A stretch of DNA of 64,000 bases, taken from NCBI GenBank assembly GCA_964016885.1, contig OZ024746.1, positions 74,028,001 to 74,092,000 on the forward strand, written 5' to 3'. Below the pieces are notes generated by a model. That model searched no databases. It was not told where the DNA came from and worked only from the letters and a program-made list of their open reading frames with translations. The stretch is from Eledone cirrhosa. Lineage: Eukaryota. Position numbers and translations under genes: made by a program. This document shows, piece after piece, positions 47,869 to 60,007 of the stretch (positions are counted from its first letter, which is position 1; the number at the start of each line of letters is the position of its first letter).

Positions 47869-48043
47869 TCAAAGCGTTCGCTAGCAGCCGGAGTGTATGA
47901 TAAAGTTAGGTCTGCATACATACAGAGTGGGTAACAGAAAGCGCACCAATGTATGTACACATATTTGACACACCAATATGAATGTACACATATTTAATAC
48001 GTAGGTATATATATATATATACACACACACACACATATATATA

Positions 48044-48129
<86 letters not shown>

Positions 48130-48399
48130 TATGTACACGTGTGTGCATGTCATGTTTAACTGATTGTGTCACTGTTCATGTTTAAGTCTGTGCGTTCATG
48201 TCCAGAACCTTTGATGGAATAACTTTCAAATTTAGCTGAAGGTACTTTTTGGATTGTGGTTTTTAAAAACAAAATTAGTTCATATCCTATTGATTTTCAC
48301 ATTTCGTATGTGTAATCTTTTCGTCTATGTGAGATTCCTTTATCATGTAGATCATTCATTTCCAACGTGAGCAGTACACCACGAAAAGCGTGCTATCAA

Positions 48400-49080
48400 A
48401 TCACAAGCGTTTTCTTTTCACAGGTGCTATAATCTCTACATGGTTGTAAGGCAAGGGTGAGATTTTCTGCAAGTATTAGGAGAAAGGACAGGTGGTTGGA
48501 GAAATAGAAAGCGAAGGACACTGGGATAGCTTATAGATTTAAAAGTGCTTTAGGTGAATTAAAATTTAAAAAAATCAGATAATAGAAAAGTCAGGGACTC
48601 CCATAAAAGATCATGTACTAATAGAAATTATATAGTCAACAAAATAAGTCCACAAATGAACTTTAAAACTAGAAATGTAGAGCTATGACCACAACATATA
48701 TAGGACTTTCAGTATAGGAGAAGGGATAAAAAAAAACTGGCATGAACTCCAAGAGGAAAAATGTTCATCTGTGCTCCATCATACCAAATTAGAACATGGC
48801 TCTCATTAGAAAGCATTGAAATAAATTTATGTTTATGCATTCAACAGATGCAGTGTTCAGACAGATTAAGGAAGCGACATATATAACTGAATGTAAGCCT
48901 AAAATCAATACAAAAAAGCAGAATGGAATATCAGCAGCAAAAATGTGAGAAAACATACGAAAAAATGTAAAAGGATATTCGCCAACACATAGAATACAAA
49001 AATTAGAATAAATATCGTAACGGAGATCGAAAAAGGTAAAAAACAAAAAAACAAACAAGAAAAATCTGCAGTCAGACATA
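48400..49080 (+). pseudogene. Highly decayed CR1/L2-type LINE RT fragment
   Basis: Ordered traces resembling D.KxAFD, SG.PQGSVL, W.M...EKC and Y..PKLEY motifs across broken frames. Confidence 0.4.
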
Positions 49081-49399
49081 CTACATGCCAAATACCGGAG
49101 TTCGGAGCAGTAGCAGCATATAGATGCACACACACTCAAAGAGAGAGAGAGTGAGAGAGGGGGGGGGGGCGCAGCCAAGATACACACATGAAAAAGACAA
49201 TACCAAGTAAATGGAAGAAGATCAAAACAAGGAGGAGGGAGGAAGGAGCACGAATACTCATTGTAACGAATGAGGTTTGACAATTAACAATTACACAACC
49301 ATGTCTCTAAACTAACCGATGATTGGATTACTCAGGTTATTATAAACTGAAGTGAAATTCAACTGGTGCCTGTTTTTTTTTATTGGCAATATATATATA

Positions 49400-49627
49400 T
49401 CTTTCGTTTCTGAATTTGTTTAGCAAGATTCTTTATATGAAAACGTGTGTTGAAACCGATATTGTTATACTTTGGGAGGGTCATGTTGTCAATAAGAAAC
49501 ACACGCACCAGTTGCTTTCACTCCAATTTATTATAAATTATATTTATTAATTTAATTAAATAATAAATTGGAGTGAAAGCAACTGGTGCGTGTGTTTCTT
49601 ATTGGCAACATGACCCTCCCAAAGTAT

Positions 49628-49635
<8 letters not shown>
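49400..49635. mobile_element. Family X 3'-end fold-back (arms 49459-49533 / 49561-49635)
   Basis: Same sequence as 20481-20552 and 30085-30150; no HHR retained; TA-flanked. A degenerate fragment lies at 49347-49390. Confidence 0.85.
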
Positions 49636-49665
<30 letters not shown>

Positions 49666-49794
49666 GTATATATATGTATATGTATATATATGTATATATA
49701 TATATGTATATGTATATATATGTATATGTATATATATGTATATGTATATATATGTATATATATATATATGTATATATGTATATGTATATATATG

Positions 49795-49867
<73 letters not shown>

Positions 49868-49869
49868 GT

Positions 49870-49981
49870 ATATTTATTAAAATAACAGATTAAAGTTTAA
49901 GCAAAGAATCGCTGCTTTCACCCTTAAGGGTGAAAGCAGCGATTCTTTGCTTAAACTTTAATCTGTTATTTTAATAAATAT
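49870..49981. repeat. Perfect 112-bp palindrome (no loop) in a TA-flanked insert
   Basis: Centre CCCTT|AAGGG at 49925/49926; each arm reads GAAAGCAGCG...AATAAA outward. Confidence 0.95.
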
Positions 49982-50090
49982 TTGCTCTACGGTTCTTATA
50001 TATTTGATATATATATTTTCCTTATCGAGCCCTCTTTGGATTTTAGTCTTCAATTTTATTATTATTACTATATATATGTATATATATATG

Positions 50091-50179
<89 letters not shown>

Positions 50180-50182
<3 letters not shown>

Positions 50183-50257
50183 TTGATACCACCAAATTTC
50201 GTTAATTTTATAATATATATATATTATAAAATTAACGAACAATGCCGGTATCAATTC
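50180..50257. repeat. Imperfect palindrome centred on (TA)n
   Basis: GAATTGATACC...TTCGTTAATTTTATAATA / TATTATAAAATTAACGAA...GGTATCAATTC. Confidence 0.85.
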
Positions 50258-50303
50258 AGCGGTCTCCGGCCAGCGTCTAGCTCACTCAATGAATTTACCC
50301 AAT

Positions 50304-50334
<31 letters not shown>

Positions 50335-50938
50335 CTCCATAAATATACACATATATGTATACATACATAGAGATCTATAGAGACGTCCATATGCATTTCA
50401 AAGATATTCTTATTAATTTGTATATGAATATTTCCATGAATACAGTACATTTTCGATATATCTGTCTGCCACCTTCTTTCCTATATCTCGCACATTCTAT
50501 CTCTTTATGTCGGCCAACACTCTTCTCAGTCTCTAACCCTTGTAGTCTCTAACCACTTCCCACAACATAACCTGCCTTATTCCCAAGGCAAATGACGTTA
50601 TATGATACGCAATCCTTCTTACAATGTAAGCATGTTACAGCACATAATACTACAATCACGGATTACATACGTGTTAATTCCAACGGTGATAACACAATAT
50701 ATGTGTGTCGTAAGAGACATGTGTTTGCACACAAACATACATAGATTCATCCATACATACGTACATACATACATTCATATACATACCTATGCAATGACAT
50801 ATACACCAAACCACATACATTCAAATAGAGATGAATGTGTAGGTATAATTACTTGCATACTAATAAAACCTTCAAAACATTGTTACAATGAATTCTACAC
50901 ACGAACAAACAGATAATCGTAATTTAAAGTACACCGTT

Positions 50939-51029
<91 letters not shown>

Positions 51030-51030
<1 letters not shown>

Positions 51031-51937
51031 AGAAATCTTATAGTGAAACGAGTCGTCTGGGAAGAGATATATTTGATATATCTCATATGAAATGATACAG
51101 CCAATTTTCCACACAATACATTTAGTACATACACCCCGAACGTTTAATTAGGAATATACTCAGGTATTTCCTAATGTTTGTTGAGTGAGTTGGAATTTGG
51201 CCGGAGTATCGCTATTCGCTTTCTCCGATTGTGTATTTATATATTTACTCTTGGAGCAACAGATATGAACTTTCCCGATATAAGGAATGACTCTCTTTGT
51301 TTATTTTTTATATGAATATTGATTGTTTGTTCTTGTATCTCATTCTGTTATTTTGCCCGAGAAAATATCTATGTATGTCATCAAGCGATGCGCACATATG
51401 GTTATTTTTTGATATCCAATTGAGTTCTAGCACGTGGCTTGAATTCTTTTCAGAATTCATTGACCTGCGCATGTATTGTGTTTTGGCGGTAATCTCCTTC
51501 CTCCTATTTTCGAGACAGTGTGAGATTTTCTTTAGAGCTGCTGGACTAACAACCTACCAGCTCCCTCAAGCACTGATGGTGATTATCGCTAAATATTGAT
51601 GTTGATTTGGTTATCAATATTAATATTATTGGGCACCCACTGAAGAATTATAAGAGCCCACTTGAATAAGCATCTGTTGATCTTATACAAGCTTCTACAT
51701 AAATTGGTATAATTTCACCCAACTTGTAGAAATCTTATAGTGAAACGAGTCGTCTGGGAAGAGATATATTTGATATATCTCATATGAAATGATACAGCCA
51801 ATTTTCCACACAATACAATTAGTTAGCACCACGAACGTTTAATTAGGAATATACTCAGATATTTCCTAATGTTTGTTGAGTGAGTTGGAATTTGGCCGGA
51901 GTATCGCTATTAGCTTTCTCCGATTATGTATTTATAT
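51030..51937 (+). mobile_element. ~0.9-kb element with ~210-bp terminal direct repeats (pLTR-like partial tandem) and HHR
   Basis: 51030-51243 is repeated at 51728-51937; TA-flanked on both sides; no recognisable ORF. Confidence 0.8.
51636..51758 (+). ncRNA. Type-I hammerhead with long stem II
   Basis: CCCA-CUGAAGA-AUUAUAAGA...UCUUAUAGU-GAAACGA-G-UCGUC/UGGG. Stem II base is 9 bp; helix III is the near-palindrome ACGA-G-UCGU. Confidence 0.75.
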
Positions 51938-52034
51938 ATATATATAATAAAAAATTGAACAGGGACAGAACAGAGAGGCAGTACGACAAATGTTTATTAG
52001 ATTCACGCTCAGGAGAGTGGGGGGTAGGTGGAGG

Positions 52035-52066
52035 ACGACGTTTCGGGCATAAGCCCTTCTTCAGGT
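52035..52066 (-). ncRNA. Minimal PLE hammerhead
   Basis: AC-CUGAAGA-A-GGGC(UUAU)GCCC-GAAAC-GUC/GU, with AATAAA about 35 nt downstream. Confidence 0.8.
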
Positions 52067-52897
52067 AAGAGTTCAAAAGGTGTGTAGGGGAGTGGTGGAG
52101 AGACATATAGCGAAAGGAAACGGTGCGAATGAAAAATTAACAAATAAAGACAAAAATATAATAAATAATAAATAAAAATAAAGCATGATCAAAATACAAG
52201 GAATGAGAACATTTAAAAATAAAGGCATGATCAAAATAAACTGAAATTAAAAGGGGGGTAAACAGGTGGTGGAAGGGTGTGGGGTGAGTAGAGGTGGAGG
52301 CGGGTGGAGTGGGGAGAGGGAGACGGGGTGTCCGAGCGGGGAGGGCTGAAGGTGGTGTGTGTGGTTAGGTGTGCGTGTGTGTGTGTGTGTGTGTATGTGA
52401 AAGTGAGGGTTGGGGGAAGAACGGGGTTGCATGTTCAGGAAGGTGTGTGTGGGGGGTGTTTTTGTGTGTCGGAGGGTCTGTGCGTGTGTGGATAGGGGGT
52501 GGGGGGAGAGGAATCAGGGGGCTGAGGGTGTAAATATGTGGTGGGAAGCACGTGTGTGTGGTTTAAGCGTGTTGTGGGTGTGGGTGGCGTGTGGATAAAA
52601 AAATTTGTTTTGGGATGTGTGTGTGGGTGAGTTATATAGGTGATGGTGTTAGAGGATGGTTGAAAGTGGTAAATTACACGGATGTATGGAGATTTTGGTT
52701 GGAAGTCAAAACGCGTGTGGGTAATCCAAGAAGCGGTGGTCGGAAGAGGAGAGATGTGGGGTGCGCGCGCAACAGGAAGTGGTCAGCAGTGGAAGTGCTG
52801 TGGTCAGTGGTGCTGAGACAGTGGTCGGAAGGGCATAGCAGCAGTCAGCGGAATGATAGGGAGGCGAGGATGGGTAGGTGTGAGAGTTGGAGTGAGG

Positions 52898-52970
<73 letters not shown>

Positions 52971-53446
52971 TAGTAGGGGTGTTAGTGGGATGAGTGAGTG
53001 TGGAGTGGGGAGAGAAGGGTGTGTGTGGTTCTATGGAGGGAGTGTGGTGTACTGGTGTGTGTGTAGTTTGGTGAGGAGGTGTTAGTGGGTGTTAGTAGAC
53101 GGGAGGTGGGGAGGGGTGGAATGCAGGTGTGAGTGGGGGTTAGTGGGGGTAGGGTGTGTAGAGTTGGTAGTGTACGAGGGTGTGTGGGTACGTGTGCGTG
53201 GGGTTGGAGGGTGTTAGTGATGTTAGTTGCGTGTGGGGTGGGTGGTGTAAGTGTGTGCGTGTGATAAGGAGGGGGGAGGAGGATAAGAGGGGAGGGAAGG
53301 GATGTTAGTATGTTAGTTGGGGAAGGGTGGTTAGATGAGGGGTGGAGTGGAGGTGTTAGTATTGTTAGTGTGGGGTGGGCGGTGAAAAGGAGGGGTGTGT
53401 TAGTGGTGTTAGTGGGGGATAAGTGGGGGAGGGGGGCGGTCGAACG

Positions 53447-54985
53447 CTAAAGGAATAAGGGTGGGGAGTTCAGGCCGGGGGGAGTGTGGGTCTGTAAGAG
53501 GAAGATAGTACGTTGTTCGACCGTGAGGCGATGGGCGGGTGTTCCGTGGCACTGGAGTAGGCCACAGACTGTGAGATGGTGTGCGGAGTGTCCAGGGCCA
53601 CCAAAGTGGCGGGCGATGGGGGAACTGCCCCCGAGACGAATGTCCCGGAGGTGCTCCGTGACTCGGTCCGCCAGGCGGCGTCCCGTCTGTCCGACATAAG
53701 TCGCGCTGCACCTCGTGCAACGAAGTCCGTAGACTAGGTTTGAGGAGGTGCAGCGGAAGGCATGCCGGACCGAGAGAGGGTGGCGGTTGGGACCCTGGAA
53801 GGTGGTGGTGTTGGTGATGTGGGGACAGGTGTTGCAGCGGGGCCTAGAACAGGGGAAGGAACCGGGGGGGGGGAAACGGAGCGTGGGTTTGGGGGTAGGG
53901 AGCTGTGGACGAGGAGGGTGCGGAGATTGCGTGCGCGTTTGAAGGAGGGGAGTGGTGGGGTTGGGAAGATGTGGGAGGTGGAGGGGTCGGACTGGAGGTG
54001 TCGGAAGAGGCGGCGGATGGTGCGGTGGAGGGGTAAGGTGGAGGGGTGGTAGGTGATGGGGAAGGGGAGACGGTGGGTGGGTGTGCGGTGGCGTGGGGTG
54101 AGGGTGGTAGAGCGGGGGATAGCACGGGCGCGGGTGAGAGCGGTGTGGACGAGAGAGGGGGGGTAACCTCTGCGGATGAAATGGCTGACTAGGGAAAGGG
54201 CTTGGGACTCGAAGTCAGCATCTCGGCTACAGAGGCGGCGGATCCTGAGAAGTTGGGAGTAGGGAATGGAGAGTTTAGTGTGGGTGGGGTGGGAAGAGGT
54301 GAAGTCGAGGTAAGAGTGGGAGTCGGTGGGTTTGAAGAAGGCGGAGGTGACGAGGGAGTGGTGGGAGGGGTCGAAGGCGACGGAGATGTCCAAGAAGTGG
54401 ACGTGGGTGGTGGAGATAGAGGTGGTGAAGTGGAGGGAGGGGTGGAAGGAGCAGAAGAAGGAGAGAAAGGAGTCGAGCTGTACTCGGGTGAGGGTCGTGG
54501 CTCCGATACAGTCGTCAATGTAACGACCGTACAGTTCGGGCGTGGGGCCGGTGTACTGGGCAAAGATTTGGGCCTCAACATGGCCAACAAAAAGGTTGGC
54601 ATAGTTCGGGCCCATTCTTGTGCCCATGGCTACCCCGGTGACCTGTTGGTAAAACTCACCCGAGAAGGAGAAACAATTTAGGGTGAGGACCAGCTCGGCG
54701 AGGCGAAGGAGGGTGGGGGTGGAGGGAATGGGGGAGGGGCGAAGGTCGAGGTAGTGTTTGAGGGCGCGAAGGCCGTCGGCGTGGGGGATGACGGTATAGA
54801 GGGACTTGATGTCTAGGGTGAAGAGGAATGGCTGAGGGCCGGGTAGGTAGGTGAAGGAGTCGAAAAGGCGCAGGGCGTGGTTGGTGTCAGAGATGTGGGA
54901 GGGGAGGGTGGTGACAAGGGGGGCGAGGAGGGAGTCGAGAAAGGCGGAGATGAGTTCGGTGGGGCAGTTGCAAGCGGAGACGATG

Positions 54986-54989
<4 letters not shown>
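53447..54989 (-). pseudogene. PLE reverse transcriptase / GIY-YIG endonuclease ORF, N-terminally truncated, one frameshift
   Basis: PIVSACNCPTELIS...LDIKSLYT...GVAMGTRMGPNYANLF...YGRYIDD...FLDI...KPTDSHSYL. After a shift in the 10-nt homopolymer (53864-53873): CSRPRCNTC...NLVYGLRCTRCSATYVGQTGRRLADRVTEH...PIARHF...GLN, stop at 53447. Confidence 0.92.
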
Positions 54990-55061
<72 letters not shown>

Positions 55062-55599
55062 AATTAAGTTAAAAATGTACATCTACATATGCATACTGAA
55101 ATACTAGTATGCATATGAATACACACACGTATACATATGTAGATGTAACAAGTCTTTCACTGGTTACTTTACTGTGAGTAACCCAGCTATTCTGTATGTA
55201 AACACACAGACAAACCGGTTTTTAGAGTCATACTGGTTTTCGAGGAAACACCTTTCCTCTATTCTCCAGAAAGCCAGACAAGGAATATTGAACTAGTTTC
55301 GTTGTTGTTACAATATATATATATGTGTGTGTGTGTGTGGCGTGTATATATTTATAGGATGTAGTTTAGCATAAGGACACCTAATAAGCGCAAACAACTA
55401 ACAAATTCCAGGCCTGAAACAATGACATACCGACGCTGTATTGATTTCTGACCCAGTCACAGGATCACCAACAGGCCTGTCTAGTGAGCCAATATTGCCA
55501 GCAACTACAGACTCCCTTACTTTCTCACCATGATCATGCACCCCATAATTGTAATTTCCCCAGACATATGTGACAACATGGAAGACCTCTTCTGCAGAA

Positions 55600-56430
55600 T
55601 CAACGAATGCCACCTATCTGGGGACCTGGCATGCTGTACAATAGTTAGAATGGATATGGTGTTCCTATACTCATCCATTGACGTAGATTTTGCAGTAAAA
55701 AATGCGTAGGGATGATCAGCGAGAATGACGTATAATTCTGTGGGATTGACACCAGTGTGCTGGGATAACTATTAGTCTTACACAGGATAAGGTATATTTA
55801 GATACACGCGATGCAGCCTCTGTCCCACAAGGCCAGAGAAAGGCAGCCCATCTACCATTACCTAAATGACCAAAAAGTCTTACACGTAGTTTAAACTCCC
55901 TCACAGTAAAACAGTCAGGAATTAGAAAAAAAAAACACCATGGAAATAGCTAACTCCATCTACCAGAATATTAAAGTTAACGTAGACTACCCAACGAATC
56001 GCCTCAACAAGAGACTACCTGTACTAGACACAGAACTATGGTTAGAAGCCATAAGTAATAAAACAGATCCTCCATTCACATTATGCCAAACCAATGGCCT
56101 CCAACTACCTGATCCACCGAAACTGAGCCATTTCGGATAATGTGAAAGGCAACATATTAATGACGAACTAAGTAAGAGTGGCGAAGAATGTGTCCTCAGG
56201 AGTTATAGAGGCACATGCAACATTTCATCCACCACATGCAGTTCTCTAGCTACAATCAGAATCAGGGTGTACACAGGGGCCACGTACAAATGGATGAAGA
56301 TTGTAGAAAATGATGTCAATGGAACCTGCCCCATGTATAGGAGCACATTTTGGAATATGATAGAGACTGAAACAATGAGTGGCCCATAGAAAAACCAAAG
56401 AAACCAAAGTCTGGCTTCTCAGAGGCACAT
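55600..56430 (+). pseudogene. Decayed PLE RT C-terminal/thumb region (Naiad-like, tentative clade)
   Basis: EIANSIYQNIKVNVDYPTNRLNKRLPVLDTELW, ILHSHYAKPMASNYLIHRN, HFIHHMQFSSY and GTCPMYRSTFW occur in order, with frameshifts. Confidence 0.7.
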
Positions 56431-57011
56431 GATTGAGAAATTAGCATCTATGATGGGTCAGAGCCGCCATATTTCTGCCAGCTTGTCGCATTTCATATAG
56501 AAAACTTCCACCAAAGGCGCCCGTAAGCATACTCTGCGTTAAACGTTGCAAATATGATTTGACGTCACGAAAGAGTGTATCTCTCGAGGCACGATATATC
56601 ATTAGTGTGGTAGTTCTCAATCACATGTCGTCTGAATGTCATCTCAAACTGCAACATTTTCCTTCGCCTCAATCAGCTTCTCGCAATTCTTGTACAATTA
56701 ATTCAACCTTATTATCAAGACAATCAATATACAACTGTTTACCACAGCAGGAGTGCTCTTATTTTCGGGGTTTCTGCTTACCGATATTATTTAACATTTT
56801 GATTTCAATTCCCACCAATCAACAGTGCATGTGATGCGTTCGGGGTCGATAAAATGAGTAGCAGTCAAGTGTTAACGTTCGATAAAATAGCTATCCTCAA
56901 AACTAGAATTTTCGACGCGTAATCATTGGAATATAGATAATTATAGATTAAGACACTATATATTCAAGACTGGAGCTGCTCTGTGTATGACATACATATA
57001 TATATATATAT

Positions 57012-58986
57012 ACGTGGAAAAGTAAGAAATAGGAGAACAGACCGTTAATACATGTTTATTTAAAACAGCACCTACGTACGTTTCGCCCGGATGGGCTTCT
57101 CAAGGGCATAAATAACTAAAAAGTGTTCCTTACATGGCCCGGAAGGTGTTTTTGGAGGTAAGTTCACGACAGAGTTCATTCTTCGCAAAAAAGCGTGTTT
57201 TGATTTTGCAGTAGGTCAAGGGAGGTAACTCTGGCCGGTGTTAGGGCAGTCTTTCCCGGACAAATTTTTTATCCGTTACAAGATGTGGTTACAACCTTAC
57301 CATTGTCGATACGCACAGGGTCAGGTAAGCAACGTTTGTTTTGAGACATTTGTTTTTCTGCACCTGCCCGCCTGGGTCATTTGAAGCTGGGTCTGTGATG
57401 GATGATTAGTTTCCGGATGTTTTTTGCAGCGCCTGCCCGCCGGGTGTTAAAGCTTGTTGCACGGAGAGCCGGTATACGGTTTCACTCCTCATCCTTATCC
57501 TATCTGAAGAAGGATATTTTTAAGCGATGTGTACAGCTTATCGTCGTTTCAGCTCTGCTGTTGATGAGCTTGTGGGGGTGCCGTTATGATGTGGTAGAGC
57601 TCCATGAGGCAAAAATCGCACTTCCTCTTGAGGTTGTACGGTGCAGCCCTGCCGCCAATATCTCAGTGCGTGGAGAAGCTGATGTTTAAGTCTTTTAATT
57701 ATGTGATGTAGTCCGCCAGCGAAGTGGAGTGTCTTAATTTCTTATTTTTGAAAGAGTGGAGATGTATTCGAAATCTAATTTTGAACGGGCCAGAGGTAAC
57801 CCCTATATAATGTTTAACGCTATTGTGGCTAATTACAGTGCACCTATATATAACCCTATCAGTCAAGCAGTATCCCCTAAGGGGGCAGCGTCCTCTGCCG
57901 CGGCAGTTGCAATTTCGGTCGCGGTCCCTTCTAATTCTCACGGTATGGCTATCATTATTGCTATCTACGTTGTTACCTACTCTCCTGCACCTGTCGTTAG
58001 CACCATTACAACCCACTGTGCGCGGGGTGGTACCATTATTATTCCGCGCGTCATGTCCTGTATGTTCCCCAGTCATGTCGCGGTTATGCGGGTTGCGTCG
58101 TAGAGGCTGTTGCCAGCACTATTGGATGCTGCTAGAGAGTCGTTAAGGCCGATATAGTTATTGTAGGTGTAGGTGCGTCTGTACTAAGGTGTTGTGTCTT
58201 GGTGATCTTACTGTGTTTAGTTGTTCCTATGATGTCTGCTAGGTTAGGAGTAGTAGAGAAGGATATTTTTATATTGTTCCTATTAAGGATTTTTCTATAC
58301 CTATGGTTGGTGGGAAGTTCTTCTCTAAGGCTTCGAAGAATATCCGAGGTATGTCGGAGGCCACACTCCGAGAGTAGGAGGAATGGAACCATAGGACGTT
58401 ACGGTGGCGATTACGTGTCTTTGTACGTTTGCTATGGGGGGTTCCATCAGGGTAACCGTCCTTATGCAAGTTAATGCGCTGTAGCCCGTTACGTGCCCCT
58501 TTCACTTTATGCTCGGGTGCACTCTTCTTCCTTCTGCTATGTTTATGTACTGGAAGATGTTGGTTGGAAGGCGTTGGTAGTAAGCCGTCGCCTTTGTTGA
58601 TTTTATAGTAGGGGAATAATTCGAGTAGGCTACAGTGGTCACTGTCACTGGGGTCGTGATCTTTATTGTGTGGTAAGTTACCTATACTATCGCCAGTGTA
58701 ATTAACGTTGCGGCCGTGTTCCTTAGTGCGATTATCTATACTATTACATCCGACTCCTACGAAGTCGCCGCGTGATCGGTTATAGGTATGGCTTACTATA
58801 ACGTTCGTCTTATGAGAGGGGTCGTTTCTGGAGCTAGCGTTAGGGATGTAGGAAATTCCTCGGTTAAAGCCAGTGCTTATCAAGGCCCTATTGTAGTAAT
58901 CTGCCGCTTGGTTGAAGACATCCTCATTGGCGGAGAACCTCGAGATGCTATGTGAGATGCTATAGACTATGGAGTTGAGAGTCTGC
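57012..58986 (-). mobile_element. Penelope-like retroelement with C-terminal GIY-YIG (Nematis-like, tentative), 5'-truncated and decayed
   Basis: SISRFSANEDVFNQAADYYNRALISTGF; RNVLWF; KILNRNNIKISFSTTPNLADII; CNCR...CPLRGYCLTDRVIYRC...YIGVTSGPFKIRFRIHLHSF...STSLADYI; CDFCLME; LINSRAE...CTH. 3' HHR and AATAAA beside (TA)n. Confidence 0.88.
57068..57107 (-). ncRNA. Hammerhead variant with U3-A8 core pair
   Basis: GCCC-UUGAGAA-GCCC(AUCC)GGGC-GAAAC-GUAC-GUA/GGUGC, followed by AAATAAA. Confidence 0.7.
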
Positions 58987-59120
58987 TTGAATCTTACTTA
59001 CTCCACTTATCTCAATTTTATAGATCTGGTATGTCAAATAGATACCATAGAACAACAACTGTACCATAGACACCCCATATATTTCCAGGGGTACTTAGAA
59101 CATGTGGCAATATTGATCAC

Positions 59121-59179
<59 letters not shown>

Positions 59180-59203
59180 TGTGTGTGTGCGTGTGTGTGT
59201 GTA

Positions 59204-59273
<70 letters not shown>

Positions 59274-59333
59274 CGTGTGTGTGTGTGCGTGTGTGTGTGT
59301 GCGTGTGTGTGTGTGTGTGTGTGTATATATACA

Positions 59334-59375
<42 letters not shown>

Positions 59376-59512
59376 AAGGAGATCAATATTGCCACAGGTA
59401 CTAAGTACCCCTGGAAATATATGGGGTGTCTATGGTACAGTTGTTTTTCTATGGTATCTATTTGACATACCAGAACTATAAAATGGAGATAAGTGGAGCA
59501 AGTAAGATTCAA
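58987..59512. repeat. ~139-bp inverted repeats (58987-59125 / 59374-59512) around mirrored microsatellites
   Basis: Arms are reverse complements with scattered substitutions; spacer is (TA)n(TG)n...(CA)n(TA)n. Confidence 0.9.
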
Positions 59513-59568
59513 ACAATTTTTTTAAAATAAATAAAAAAATATAATTTAAATATTTACCCATTCCTTTT

Positions 59569-59621
59569 GCTTTTACCGACAGTTTCGCCTCACAATGGAA
59601 ATGTTCGGGTCTTCAGAAAGC
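59569..59621 (-). ncRNA. Degenerate hammerhead motif
   Basis: GCUUU-CUGAAGA-CCCGAAC...GUGAGGC-GAAAC-U-GUC/GGUAAAAGC; helices are imperfect. Confidence 0.5.
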
Positions 59622-59666
59622 ATTTCCCCTACATATATATATATATAATATCTATATATCTATATA

Positions 59667-59732
<66 letters not shown>

Positions 59733-59738
59733 GCGCGG

Positions 59739-59813
<75 letters not shown>

Positions 59814-59883
59814 CATACATATATATGTGTGTGTATGTGTGTGTGTGTGTGTGTGTGAATACAATATATGTATATATATTTAT

Positions 59884-60007
<124 letters not shown>

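Larger units (their letters stand above)
51947..54989 (-). mobile_element. Penelope-like retroelement (Neptune-type), 5'-truncated
   Basis: RT, Cys-rich linker and GIY-YIG coding region, long 3' UTR, HHR and AATAAA; (TA)n on both sides. Confidence 0.92.

Noticed and set aside
57660-57701. In-frame TGA/TAA in the GIY-YIG region as possible selenocysteine or readthrough (some Naiad PLEs encode Sec)
   Set aside because: The TGA aligns with an expected Trp position, and the element has other stops and frameshifts; ordinary decay explains it.
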